Source: Nitrosopumilaceae archaeon (lineage in GTDB: Archaea; Thermoproteota; Nitrososphaeria; Nitrososphaerales; Nitrosopumilaceae). Taken from it: a DNA stretch of 54,316 nt. The translations under genes were made by a program, and so were the position numbers. This document shows positions 11,160-21,430 of the stretch, one piece after another (position 1 is the stretch's first letter; every line of letters begins with the position of its first letter). Below the pieces are notes generated by a model. That model did no database searches. It worked only from the letters and a program-made list of their open reading frames with translations, and was not told where the DNA came from. The stretch is from NCBI GenBank assembly GCA_965200155.1, contig CBDATR010000013.1, forward strand, positions 1-54,316, written 5' to 3'.

Positions 11160-11997
11160 GTGAGAAGTGCAATCTTCTCTCATTGTAGTAGTCTACATAA
11201 TCCCGGAGACTGTCATAATACCATATCTCGTTGGACTCTTAAATAAGAGTCCCCTAGTCCTCAATCGTTCTATGGAAGCGCTCCAGTTTGCCATTTGACT
11301 GCGGGGGGTATGGTCTGGAATTGATTAGTATGATGTCTTGATCCAGCAGTTCTTCCTAGAATAGTGTGGGTTTCCAGTTATTTTTGCCCTTTTATTGTCC
11401 TACGAAACACGCGCCGTTATCCGAGATGCAGGGGCGCCGAATCGTTTCATTGCCAATCTCAGTAATAGAGTGGCGTTCTCTGAGGTTGCATACTCAAATA
11501 GTACAGCTCCGACTATACACCTGGATGCATCATCTATGAGATTCAGTCCCCTGAAGCGCTCATCTTTTCATGACATGCCAGTGCCACATTGCATTGGAAT
11601 ATTTACGCTCATAGCGTACCCACTCTGACTTTGCAGGTGATGAGACTGTCGTGCCGTTCTTTTTCATTATGCGATATACTGAGCGATATATTGTAATTCT
11701 GTCTAAGCCTCTTTGCAATACGTACTACTCCGGCGGGGTCCTTGCTGTATGCTTCAGTTACCATTCGTATTTGGGTGGCGGTGATTGGTATCATGGGCCT
11801 GCCCATCTTTACTCGAGTCGTTCCCGTTCTCTGGTTCACAATCTTCGTACGTGTCTTGTTTCAGGTCTTGAGCTATGTTGGTTGTGGCAACGCCTCTTTT
11901 TGTCTTGATTCCTCTGTTATTCTATTTACCATCTGGCTTGTGCAATCTGAACTACTGTACGCCGGATCCTAAGCGGACTTACTTTTCGTACTATTGA
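11160..11997 (-). pseudogene. IS481-family element remnant, followed by a partial MITE (12001-12026)
   Basis: DDASR, SDNG, PYPPQSNGKLERF and YYNERRLH fragments with frameshifts; homologous to 35307-36363. Confidence 0.85.
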
Positions 11998-12137
11998 TCG
12001 AGATTCCGGAAGACGTGAACTCATATGCATGATTAGCTAACTTGATGTCCCTGCCGGGGCGCGCCTCCCAATCTTGCATGAGCAGTTACCGGTGCCCGGC
12101 AACACCGTTTATAAAAGGACTGTCCATCACAATGCTA

Positions 12138-12410
12138 ATGGCCTCCAAGAACCGACCCGGTGCACAGGACAAGGACAAAAAGAAGGACAAGGATACACAG
12201 ACCAAGGCGGAGATAACTGTAGTACTTACGGATAAACAGGCCGAGCGCTATCTCAAGAGCTCCAAGGTTATTACCGCGTCGGAACTGGCGCACCAGACCG
12301 GCGTAAAGATATCTGCTGCCAACCTATACCTGAAGGACGCGGTTCAGCAGGGGACTATAAAGAGAGTGGGCGGATATAGTGGCCACTGGCTCTATCAGCG
12401 TAATTCATAA
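12138..12410 (+). CDS. rps25e: 30S ribosomal protein S25e-like
   Basis: Lys-rich N-terminus plus winged helix (VITASELA..GVKISAA); TATA box TTTATAAA near 12108. Confidence 0.7.
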   Translation: MASKNRPGAQDKDKKKDKDTQTKAEITVVLTDKQAERYLKSSKVITASELAHQTGVKISAANLYLKDAVQQGTIKRVGGYSGHWLYQRNS

Positions 12411-12790
12411 ATTTTGAATACATCTCCAGCCCTGACATTTTGCAGTACGTTTGTGTCATCCTGGATGGTGCCGATGGGCGTCATTTTGGCAGTAGGGGTG
12501 CAGTCCCGTGTAAAAAAGCACAGACAGCGCTGGTTGGACAGGAATGCCACATCGCCGGACTTGAACTTTTCTCTGGTCCGTTCCCGACCCGAGTCAATCT
12601 CTGTATTGATGTATATCATATCATCTGTGCGGTGGGCGTTACCCTGTATGGGAAGTGACTGTAGCATGATTCTGACTGTGCGTGGGGCCAAGTGACGCTT
12701 AAAATTTACGGGAATTTGGGTATCCTGCACTTGTAGGATGGTATTTTGAAATGATACTGTGCCTTTTTGTAGTATGGCATCATTCTGCAT
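12395..12790 (-). CDS. cyclophilin-like fold protein (DUF369/TM1367-like)
   Basis: APRTV..LP, GDVAF..CLCFF and MTPIG motifs. Confidence 0.7.
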   Translation of the reverse strand: MQNDAILQKGTVSFQNTILQVQDTQIPVNFKRHLAPRTVRIMLQSLPIQGNAHRTDDMIYINTEIDSGRERTREKFKSGDVAFLSNQRCLCFFTRDCTPTAKMTPIGTIQDDTNVLQNVRAGDVFKIYELR

Positions 12791-12911
12791 TCAATATATC
12801 ATTCCATCAGTAGACTATTTAGGAATTGGTGCGCATGTGTACAATTCCGGCGCGGGCCTGGCAAAATACAACTTGTTTGTGGGAACTATTGTGGGGCGGA
12901 GTGTGGCTGTT

Positions 12912-13003
12912 GTATGTGTTCACGTCTTCCGGAATCTTATGCACAAATCACATTAACTGTCGCGATCAGTTATGCGTAAATTTAGACACAGGTGAACTCA
13001 TAC
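12912..13003 (+). mobile_element. 92-bp MITE
   Basis: Matches the consensus with one TIR mismatch; no TSD. Confidence 0.95.
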
Positions 13004-13823
13004 AAATAGCCTTCCGCTAGACGTACTTGGTATTGTCGGTGAATACCATCAAGTTTATTTAAAAAATCTCAGATATTAATGCTTGGATCCAAGTTAGTAA
13101 TTACCATGACAGAATGATCGAAAATACTCAAACCGTTTCTCACATACATTTTTAATCTAACTTGTTTGGAGTTATACAACAAACTAACTGACAGTTACGC
13201 TTTATATCAGGACATGTGGGTAATGGGTGGCAGAATGATGATAGGGTATTCTGAGTGATTGATGAGATAAGCCCTGGGGTATCTGACTGTGAGTGTGACC
13301 GAATCGCGATTATTACTCGCTTCTGGAATCGGTACACTATGGATGTATCATGAGGACCGCCGGAATAGTGCTGTACCGGCACGATGATTGTATGAGTTTG
13401 CGTCATGTAAAATCGTACTATTCGTTACAATGTGGGCGCACTCGTGCCTCTTATGGAGTCTTTGACCACTTCATAACGTCTTTAATTTCTGGAATGCGCA
13501 TACCTCTGGAGTCTGTCAACTTGGATAGAATGCTAGGCCCGTTCCACAGACAATGCCATATCTGGGTAGCAAGCGCAGAATTGCCCTGCAGATTCTGTAA
13601 TGGTTCCCAGCAAACATGTGGCGAGTGGTGGGCGCCCTTTGCAGGCTCCGTGACAATATCTGTTCATGCATTATTCAATGGGTAACCGTTTATAGCGGCC
13701 ACCATAAGTCTTTGGGCGACTAATTTGATCAAAATATCACAATTATCACAGGCTTATTTGCGCGCCCCCAAGAGGGTGGTTAATTTGGCATGTCAATATG
13801 GTATTGTGTGCAGCTAAATATGG

Positions 13824-13922
13824 GTATGAGTTCACCTGTGTCTAAATTTACGCACAACTGATCGCGACAGTTAAAGAACCGGTTCTTTTGTGCACAAGAT
13901 TCCGGAAGACGTGAACTCATAC
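13824..13922 (-). mobile_element. MITE (99-bp scarred variant) with 8-bp TSD AAATATGG
   Basis: TIRs and a perfect direct repeat; same scar as 9748-9846. Confidence 0.95.
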
Positions 13923-14089
13923 AAATATGGTACTTTGAATCAAGATAAAAGTAGAAACTTCGATCTTATATACTAGTATAATGAATCGCGCCCAACAATT
14001 ACACCAAATTCAGGCAAGCGAGGGATCCGGGCCAATTGCGCGCCGACTGGGCATGCTGATGTTATTGCTGAATATGCAGCTTAATTTTG

Positions 14090-14468
14090 GTATGAGTTCA
14101 TGTCTTCCGGAATCTTGTGCACAAATCACATTAACTGTCGCGATCAGTTGTGCGTAAATTTAGACACAGGTGAACTCATACCAACAAGATACGTGGGCAA
14201 CCGTTTAAGTCACCACAGATTGAGATATGCACTTATTCCCTAAAATGGGTTGCCAGCTCGGTGCTATGATTTAGTATGTCGCCACAAATTCATCTAAATG
14301 TATCTGGGGGTGGCACTCATCACATATCGCGCCAACTTGTCATTATGAAGTGTTGCGTGGTAACAGGATTCAAATTGTATGAGTTCACCTGTGTCTAAAT
14401 TTACGCATAACTGATCGCGACAGTTAATGTGATTTGTGCATAAGATTCCGGAAGACGTGAACTCATAC
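14090..14468. mobile_element. composite of two inverted MITEs (14090-14181, 14377-14468) with 195 bp cargo
   Basis: Outer 8-bp TSD TAATTTTG; neither MITE has its own TSD. Confidence 0.9.
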
Positions 14469-15733
14469 TAATTTTGCGCAAGCCGCCATAAAGTATCAGT
14501 ATGATATACGTACTGTCATAACGTGATATAACCGGTTACGGCAGGGAGGTAATGATACAGCGGGAATCTGAGACTGACAAGCCCAGATCAGCTCGCCCCA
14601 CGAAAATAAAGCGAGAACAGCTGGAGAGTGCCCGTTTATGGGCGCCAAGCCACGTATTCACCACTACAGGATTACCTCGAAGAGATATCCGGCATATGGC
14701 TGAGCGCACATCAGGTTCAAGCGTTACGCCAAAAAGTGGGGTTGCTCCAACAAAAAGTCATCCCCAATCCACATGAATTATGATTCAATGGAAGACGTGA
14801 AAAAATGGAGGTAAGAAATGTCAGAAAAGGTTGCACGTTACATAAAGATGGATTATGCCATTGTTACCCAGGATGAATCCCATTTCAAGACCGAGAGATT
14901 ATCTGCGCGATTCTGGGCTCCTGCAGGCAGGCGCGTACTCATGGTATGAACCGGCAGGCGATACCGGTTCTCCATGGCCTGTACTATGATTAATGACGGC
15001 AGGGTATTCCTTGATGATTATACGGTCATAGATACAGAGAATTTCCTGGATCACATACATAACAAGGTGGGCAAGATGGTACTATTCGTGGACATGGCAC
15101 ACCTCAAGGAAGGCCAAGGAATTCTTTGCTGATCGGGACATAATCGTAATAGAGTATCCGGTTGGACATCCATACCTGAATCCAGTCAAGGAATTCTGGA
15201 GCGTACTCAAGAGGAGGATGGATCACTCCATACGATATTCGGATATCAATTACCACAAGCATGCAGTGTATGATTTCAAAGATGGCCATAAGCTCGATTA
15301 TGATTTTAACAAATTCTGAAACAGAAAACCAGCTGATGGATTAATACTGCCAATCATGGAATCAGTACGCAAGGGGGAACCCAGTGATCCAAAAACAAAA
15401 AAAAAAAACGGTTCAAAAAGTGCAGGCGGTGCGGAAAGCACATCCGTGTCGGCCGGTATAGTACAAAAGGTCAAACTAGGTTTACCTACAAAGTAGTTGG
15501 TACACTATTTCATGCCACTCTGATCAGGGAATAAGTGGTGGATTTTTGTGCGTGATCGTTCTGGAGGCCCATACATGTACACAGTCATTATACGCCACTA
15601 AACTCGTCATGAAGTATTCCATGTCCATAAAGTATGGTAGGGTACATTACTTGCATCTGCTGATTTAGCCTGTCTGCCATCCCTGTTGTGATATTTTATG
15701 GAAAATCACTGCCAAGACTTATGGTGACTGCTA

Positions 15734-15866
15734 TAGGTCATCCTTGGACAATCGATAAAAATACGCCGCTAGCATGTCCGTTCTTGCTTTTTCTAACACT
15801 ACGTCTCGAATATGCCCGTGAATTCACCATCTAGGCGTTGCTCTTTAACTCGACCTAAACGGTTAC
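15734..15866. repeat. second, older ~140-bp MITE family (TIR GTAACCGTTTAGGTC); left tip at 13682-13692
   Basis: Aligns in reverse with 50037-50176; left TIR is split at TA by the IS630 element. Confidence 0.7.
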
Positions 15867-16110
15867 TGCTTGGGCGGCGTGAATGACACATGAGTCACTA
15901 TACATTTCACCCTCTGTGGTGTGAGTTCGCGTACACGTCAACACCATGTCACTAATTCACCGTATGTGAACTCTTCTGGTAATATCCGGCTGTAAAACGG
16001 AATCAATCATGACACCATAGCTCCTGTATGGGAGACTAGAACTACTGATCATACCATTAGTTTTAGCTAATAAACGATTATTATTTAACGACTGTGCGAA
16101 TGGTTGCTGC

Positions 16111-17106
16111 GTGGAAAAACGAGTCTTGTATATTGTGGTGGCATGCGCCTTGGCGGCTGCTTCCTGGTACGGCTTGGCCCAGAGCGATAACGCGCAGGAT
16201 CAGCGCATGCGGGTCGCATTCTTTCCCAATATAGCACACGCGGTTCCCGCAGTCATTGTGGAAAGGAATGCCTTTGTAAGCGAGGATGTAACACTGGAGG
16301 CCAGACTCTTTGACAGCGGACCCCGTGCCATTGAGGCCCTATTCTCAGACTCCATAGACATGGCATATGTGGGTCCGGGACCGGCCATAAACGGCTTTCT
16401 CAAGTCCACCAATGGGAGCATTAGGATAATTGCCGGTGCCGCCAGTGGCGGAAGCAGTCTTGTGATACATCCGGACTCGCTTATATCCGGTCCGCAGGAT
16501 TTAGCCCACAAGAGGGTGGCCGCGCCACAGATAGGGAACAGTCAGGATATATCACTAAGAACATACCTGAACCAGAACAATCTGGATACCCGGGAGAGGG
16601 GCGGCACCGTGGCGGTACTGAATATAGCCAACGCGGACATATACACACTATTCGTCAAGGGTGAGATAGATGCAGCATGGGTGCCGGAGCCCTGGGCAAC
16701 CATTCTGGTGCAGGAGCTTTACGGTACAAGACTATTCTACGAGGAGGATCTCTGGGATGATGGACTGTTCTCCTCAGTAGTACTCGTGGCGCGCGAGGAA
16801 TTCGTACAGCAGAATGGCGCCGCGGTAGAGACATGGCTGGAGGCGCACCACTCCATAATAGAATGGATAAACGAGAACCCCATAGACGCAAGAGACTCAT
16901 TCAACCTGTACGTGGCCGCGGAGCTGGGCAGGCCCTTTCCAGACCAGATAATAGATGAGTCACTTAACAACATACATTTTACCGGGGACCCGCTGCCCTA
17001 TACCATAGACGAGTTTGCCTTGCGGGCAGACTCGCTGGGCTATCTTGGGAGGCACGGATATAATCTAGATGGACTATACATGGAGATAGGAAATGCTGGT
17101 ACTTGA
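16111..17106 (+). CDS. ABC transporter substrate-binding protein, sulfonate/nitrate/taurine (SsuA-like)
   Basis: Signal anchor; FFPNIAHA, YVGPGPA, PQIGNSQD and WVPEPW motifs. Confidence 0.85.
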   Translation: MEKRVLYIVVACALAAASWYGLAQSDNAQDQRMRVAFFPNIAHAVPAVIVERNAFVSEDVTLEARLFDSGPRAIEALFSDSIDMAYVGPGPAINGFLKSTNGSIRIIAGAASGGSSLVIHPDSLISGPQDLAHKRVAAPQIGNSQDISLRTYLNQNNLDTRERGGTVAVLNIANADIYTLFVKGEIDAAWVPEPWATILVQELYGTRLFYEEDLWDDGLFSSVVLVAREEFVQQNGAAVETWLEAHHSIIEWINENPIDARDSFNLYVAAELGRPFPDQIIDESLNNIHFTGDPLPYTIDEFALRADSLGYLGRHGYNLDGLYMEIGNAGT

Positions 17107-17845
17107 GGCCCACGACGTGGTAAAGTATTTTGTCCACAAAAAGCAGCAGATGCAGGCGCTGGGGGGCATAAATTTAGATATTGAGGAGGGTGAGATAGTA
17201 TCCCTCATAGGCCCCTCTGGATGTGGCAAGTCCACATTCCTGCGTATAGTTGCCGGTCTGGAAAAACCCGATGGCGGACACATAAACCTGGACGGCAAAC
17301 CCGTATTGGAGACCGGTCCGGACAGGATAATGGTATTCCAGGAGGGAGCCCTCTTTCCGTGGCTCAACGTCAGGGACAACGTGGAATTCGGGCTTAGAAT
17401 TACCAATGTGAATCCGGAAAAGCGTACGCAGACCGCAGACAAATACTTGGACATGATGCACCTGTCCAAATTCTCGGATTCCTACATACACCAACTCTCC
17501 ACGGGGATGAAACAGAGGGTGGCCATAGCAAGGGCGCTGGCAATGGAGCCCCGAATTCTTCTTATGGATGAGCCCTTCTCTGCACTGGATGTGTCCACCA
17601 GGGACCGCCTGCTTGCGGAAGTGCAGGACATTTGGAAGAAGACGGGCAAGACCATTTTATTCATCACGCATAATGTGGTAGAAGCCTCAGTAATGGGATC
17701 CCGGGTTGCAGTATTCAGCAACCGCCCCTCTCATATACGCAAGGTGATAAATGTGGATGCAGACCGGCCAAGGAACAGTGATGATCCCAACTTGTTACAC
17801 GCACAGCAGGAGATACGCTACGAACTAAGGCAAAGTGGCTCCTGA
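17093..17845 (+). CDS. ABC transporter ATP-binding protein (SsuB/TauB-like)
   Basis: GPSGCGKST, LSTGMKQR, LLMDEPF and H-loop. Confidence 0.92.
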   Translation: MLVLEAHDVVKYFVHKKQQMQALGGINLDIEEGEIVSLIGPSGCGKSTFLRIVAGLEKPDGGHINLDGKPVLETGPDRIMVFQEGALFPWLNVRDNVEFGLRITNVNPEKRTQTADKYLDMMHLSKFSDSYIHQLSTGMKQRVAIARALAMEPRILLMDEPFSALDVSTRDRLLAEVQDIWKKTGKTILFITHNVVEASVMGSRVAVFSNRPSHIRKVINVDADRPRNSDDPNLLHAQQEIRYELRQSGS

Positions 17846-18605
17846 CATGAACGTACCACTCTCGGTAAAGCGAATAGTATTCTATGTGGCACTGGTGGCA
17901 GCATGGCAGATATTTGCCAGTACGGGTACCCTGCCCAGCAACATATTTCCCTCGCCATATGAGGTGGCCGAGGATTTGGCATACATGTTCAACGACGGGA
18001 GCCTATTCTATGGCATAGGTACCAGCTTGGGCCGACTGGGACTGGGTTTCATTATAGCTGCCATGGGGGGCCTTGTGCTGGGCGTATTCATGGCCCGCGT
18101 ATTGGTGGTGGACCAGACCATCGGATCCCTGGTTCTAGGGCTGCAATCCATACCATCGGTTGCATGGGTACCACTGGCGGTATTATGGTTCGGTCTGACG
18201 GATATGGGTATAGTATTTGTGACCGCGGTAGGGGCAATCTTTGCGGTTACAATAAACACAAGCTCCGGCGTCAAGAACATAAACCCCCATTACATCGAGG
18301 CCGCCCGGAATATGGGGGCACGGGGCAGCACCTTGATAGTCAGACTGCTTATACCCGCGGCCTTTCCGTACATGATATCCGGATTCAAACAGGGCTGGGC
18401 CTTTGCATGGAGGGGGGTTATAGGGGCCGAGCTCATGTTCTCCTATCTGGGTCTGGGATTCCTACTTAACGTCGGCAGGCAGCTTAATGACGTAAGCCAG
18501 GTTATCGGAGTCATGCTTGTAATAATGATTATAGGAATAGGGATAGACGGTTTCGTCTTCAAACGGCTAGAGGATCGTGTCATGTCAAGGTGGGGTCTTC
18601 GGTGA
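17835..18605 (+). CDS. ABC transporter permease (SsuC/TauC-like)
   Basis: TM helices, EAARNMGA loop; the start may be 17848. Confidence 0.9.
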   Translation: MAPDMNVPLSVKRIVFYVALVAAWQIFASTGTLPSNIFPSPYEVAEDLAYMFNDGSLFYGIGTSLGRLGLGFIIAAMGGLVLGVFMARVLVVDQTIGSLVLGLQSIPSVAWVPLAVLWFGLTDMGIVFVTAVGAIFAVTINTSSGVKNINPHYIEAARNMGARGSTLIVRLLIPAAFPYMISGFKQGWAFAWRGVIGAELMFSYLGLGFLLNVGRQLNDVSQVIGVMLVIMIIGIGIDGFVFKRLEDRVMSRWGLR

Positions 18606-18721
18606 GTGCGCGGATCCAGCTTTTTGGTGTATATTCGTATGTGTTTACACGATGAATTGCAAAGATTTGAGCACGCCAACTCAGACAGTTTTTATAACCC
18701 GCGTCACAATATTGTGGTATA

Positions 18722-19588
18722 ATGTCTAGATACGATTCACCGGGCATATCTGTAAACAAGGGTGCCGCCAGGGGTGTCGCGCTAGGCATAGTTGCATTGG
18801 TGGTTATAGGCGCCATCGCATACTCCGCGGTACAGATTGTGGATGCAGGACACCGTGGTGTTCTATTACACTGGAACGCGGTGGATACGACCGTACCGCC
18901 CTTGACAGAAGGTCTTCACTTTGTAATGCCCTTTGCTGATAGTGTAATCCAGATGGAGATTCGTACTCTCAAGTATGTGAAATCCACCACATCGGCATCC
19001 AAGGACTTGCAGACCGTATCTACAACGGTAACTGTGAACTATCATCCCTCGCCGGAGATGGTACACCGCTTGTACCAGAGTGTGGGACTGGATTATGAAA
19101 ATCGTATCATACAGCCCGCAGTGGAAGAAGTTGTGAAACAGGTAACAGCCAATTATAACGCGGAAGAACTAATCACCAAGAGACCAGAAGTAAAGAGTGA
19201 CATTGAGCGAGAGATTACAGACAGGCTGAATGACTTTAACATTATGACCGAGGTTATATCAATAACAGACTTTCAGTTCTCCAGCCTCTTTGCCGCGGCC
19301 ATAGAGTCCAAAGTGGAGGCAGAGCAAAGGGCGCTAAAGGCCGAGAATGACCTGTTGCGTATAGAAGTCGAGGCAAGACAGGCAGAACAGCAGGCTACAG
19401 GTGAGGCCAACGCGAATATAGCCAAGGCTAATGGTGAGGCCGAGGCCATACGCATAATCAATGAGGCACTGGCCCAGAACCCCAACTATCTGGAATGGCT
19501 CAAGACCCAATCTTGGGACGGTCGGCTACCGCTGGTTACGGGCCAGGGCGGAACGCCCTTCATACAGATACCTGTGTCAGATCCCTAG
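18722..19588 (+). CDS. prohibitin/SPFH (band 7) family protein
   Basis: N-terminal TM, GHRGV, EGLHF, SKDLQ and an AxxxAEA coiled coil. Confidence 0.88.
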   Translation: MSRYDSPGISVNKGAARGVALGIVALVVIGAIAYSAVQIVDAGHRGVLLHWNAVDTTVPPLTEGLHFVMPFADSVIQMEIRTLKYVKSTTSASKDLQTVSTTVTVNYHPSPEMVHRLYQSVGLDYENRIIQPAVEEVVKQVTANYNAEELITKRPEVKSDIEREITDRLNDFNIMTEVISITDFQFSSLFAAAIESKVEAEQRALKAENDLLRIEVEARQAEQQATGEANANIAKANGEAEAIRIINEALAQNPNYLEWLKTQSWDGRLPLVTGQGGTPFIQIPVSDP

Positions 19589-19913
19589 ACGGGAATATTC
19601 TTGAAGCCTGGTATGGGGGGCTATTCATTCCACGAACAAGTTTACACGATGAATCGCATGATTGGACGAAGGCAAGGACTTGGTGGTCATTTCGGGTTGC
19701 CCAAGCTGACACAACAATTGATTGGTCCGGATAACCACGAACCCCGCTTTCATGACATTGGATATGGGTGCTAGTGTGGGAAAAAATGGTACAAGCTCGC
19801 ATCTTCCCCTGATGTTACAATCGTACTGGTTCTCGGGATACATTTTATGTAAATTTACGCATAGGTGAACACGCATGGCAGAGACGCATCTATCAGAGTA
19901 ACCTAAAAAGATT

Positions 19914-20005
19914 GTATGAGTTCACCTATGTCTAAATTTGTGCACGGTTGATCGTGACAGTCAGTGTGATTTATGCACGAGATTCCGGAAGACATGAACT
20001 TGTAC
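19914..20005 (-). mobile_element. diverged 92-bp MITE (a more decayed copy lies at ~19789-19876)
   Basis: TIRs and internal similarity to the consensus. Confidence 0.85.
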
Positions 20006-20067
20006 AAACGGTTCAACACACTCAGCGGATAAAAACCCAAATAACGGGGTTGCAGTATTCATTATTC

Positions 20068-21429
20068 ATGGCGTACAGGTATGATGAGGACTCTTTGGGC
20101 AAGGTACAGGTGCCGCAAGAGGCGTACTATGGTCCCTTTACCAGCAGGGCCCTCAAGCAGTATGTGGTGACCGGTCATCCTGCCCATAAAAATCTGGTAA
20201 AATCATTTGTAATGATAAAACGGTCCGCTGCAGTGGCCAACATGTCTGTGGATGCCATAGAGCGATCACTGGGGGATGCTATTGTTCGTGCCTGCGATGA
20301 CATATTGAACGGAAAACATCTGGAATGGTTTGCCGTTGACATGATAAACTCCGGTGCCGGGACCGCCTTCAACATGAACAGTAACGAGGTTATTGCTAAT
20401 GTGGCGCTGGGCATACTTGGATACGAACTGGGACAGTATGGGCATCTGCATCCCAATGATCATGTCAACATGTCCCAGTCCAGTAATGATACATATCCTA
20501 CTGCCATGCACATGTCCACCCTCTTTGGGACCAACGAACTGATTCCCGCTCTGGAAGGACTGGGTGTGTCACTGAGCAAGAAATCATCGGAGTTTGCGTC
20601 CTTTCGCAAGATAGGCCGGACTCATCTCATGGATGCACTGCCGGTAACCCTTGGCAGCGAGTTTGGGGCATACTATCATGCAATAGAGAAATGCACCAAA
20701 CAGATACGTCATGCCTATGAGAGCTTGTGTCCGGTAGCGCTGGGGGGAACCGCCGTCGGCAGTGGTGCCAATGCGCCACCCGGTTACAGGGATTCAGTGA
20801 TACCGGAACTGGCACGAATATCGGGTCTGCCTCTGAGCCCGGAACCAGACATGCAACACGGACTACAGAGCCGCTTTGCCATGGTACAAATGTCCGGTGC
20901 CCTGCGAGGCCTGGCCGTGGAACTGGGCAAAATATCCAATGACATACGACTAATGGCATCCGGCCCGGTAGCCGGGCTCTCGGAATTGGGTATTCCCGCA
21001 GTACATGCGGGCTCTTCCATAATGCCAGGAAAGGTGAATCCATCCCTGGCAGAATGTATGAACATGATATGCTTCAATGTAGTGGGAAATGATGCTGCCA
21101 TATCTGCCGCGGCCCAGGGCGGACAGTTTGAGCTGAATGTAATGTTGCCCGGCATGCTCAAGTGTATGCTGGAGTCCCTTGACATGCTCTCCGGCTTTAT
21201 ACCAGTATTCACGACCAATCTCATAGACGGACTCAGTGCCAACGGGACCCGGCTGCGCGCCCACATATCCAAGAGTCCGGTAATGGTAACACTGCTGACG
21301 CCGCGCATAGGCTACCTAAAGTCAGCTCATCTCTTCAAGGAGTCCCTGGCTACCGGCAAGAGTGTGGGGGATCTGGTAGTATCTGAGGGGCTAATGAGCG
21401 CCGAAGAGGTAGAGAAGCTACTGTCATGA
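20068..21429 (+). CDS. class II fumarate hydratase / aspartate ammonia-lyase
   Basis: HPNDHVNMSQSSND, GRTHLMDA and GSSIMPGKVNP signature; real start at MAYRYDEDSLG. Confidence 0.9.
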   Translation: MAYRYDEDSLGKVQVPQEAYYGPFTSRALKQYVVTGHPAHKNLVKSFVMIKRSAAVANMSVDAIERSLGDAIVRACDDILNGKHLEWFAVDMINSGAGTAFNMNSNEVIANVALGILGYELGQYGHLHPNDHVNMSQSSNDTYPTAMHMSTLFGTNELIPALEGLGVSLSKKSSEFASFRKIGRTHLMDALPVTLGSEFGAYYHAIEKCTKQIRHAYESLCPVALGGTAVGSGANAPPGYRDSVIPELARISGLPLSPEPDMQHGLQSRFAMVQMSGALRGLAVELGKISNDIRLMASGPVAGLSELGIPAVHAGSSIMPGKVNPSLAECMNMICFNVVGNDAAISAAAQGGQFELNVMLPGMLKCMLESLDMLSGFIPVFTTNLIDGLSANGTRLRAHISKSPVMVTLLTPRIGYLKSAHLFKESLATGKSVGDLVVSEGLMSAEEVEKLLS

Positions 21430-21430
21430 T

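Larger units (their letters stand above)
13693..15733 (+). mobile_element. degraded IS630-family element
   Basis: Inverted ends TAGCGGCCCACCATAAGTCTTTGG / CCAAGACTTATGGTGACTGCTA with a TA duplication; internal KPRSARP, QDESHF and HPYLNP..EFW fragments with stops. Confidence 0.75.

Noticed and set aside
14528-14539. ATAACCGGTTAC here and at ~50629, resembling the scar
   Set aside because: It is present in both diverged IS630 copies and encodes W-x-N-R-L with normal HTH spacing, so it is probably native coding sequence.
19948-20067. N-terminal extensions of ORFs 19948, 33886, 38470, 39088, 46377 and 47647
   Set aside because: They are read-through into MITE, IS, intergenic or overlapping-gene sequence upstream of the plausible starts.
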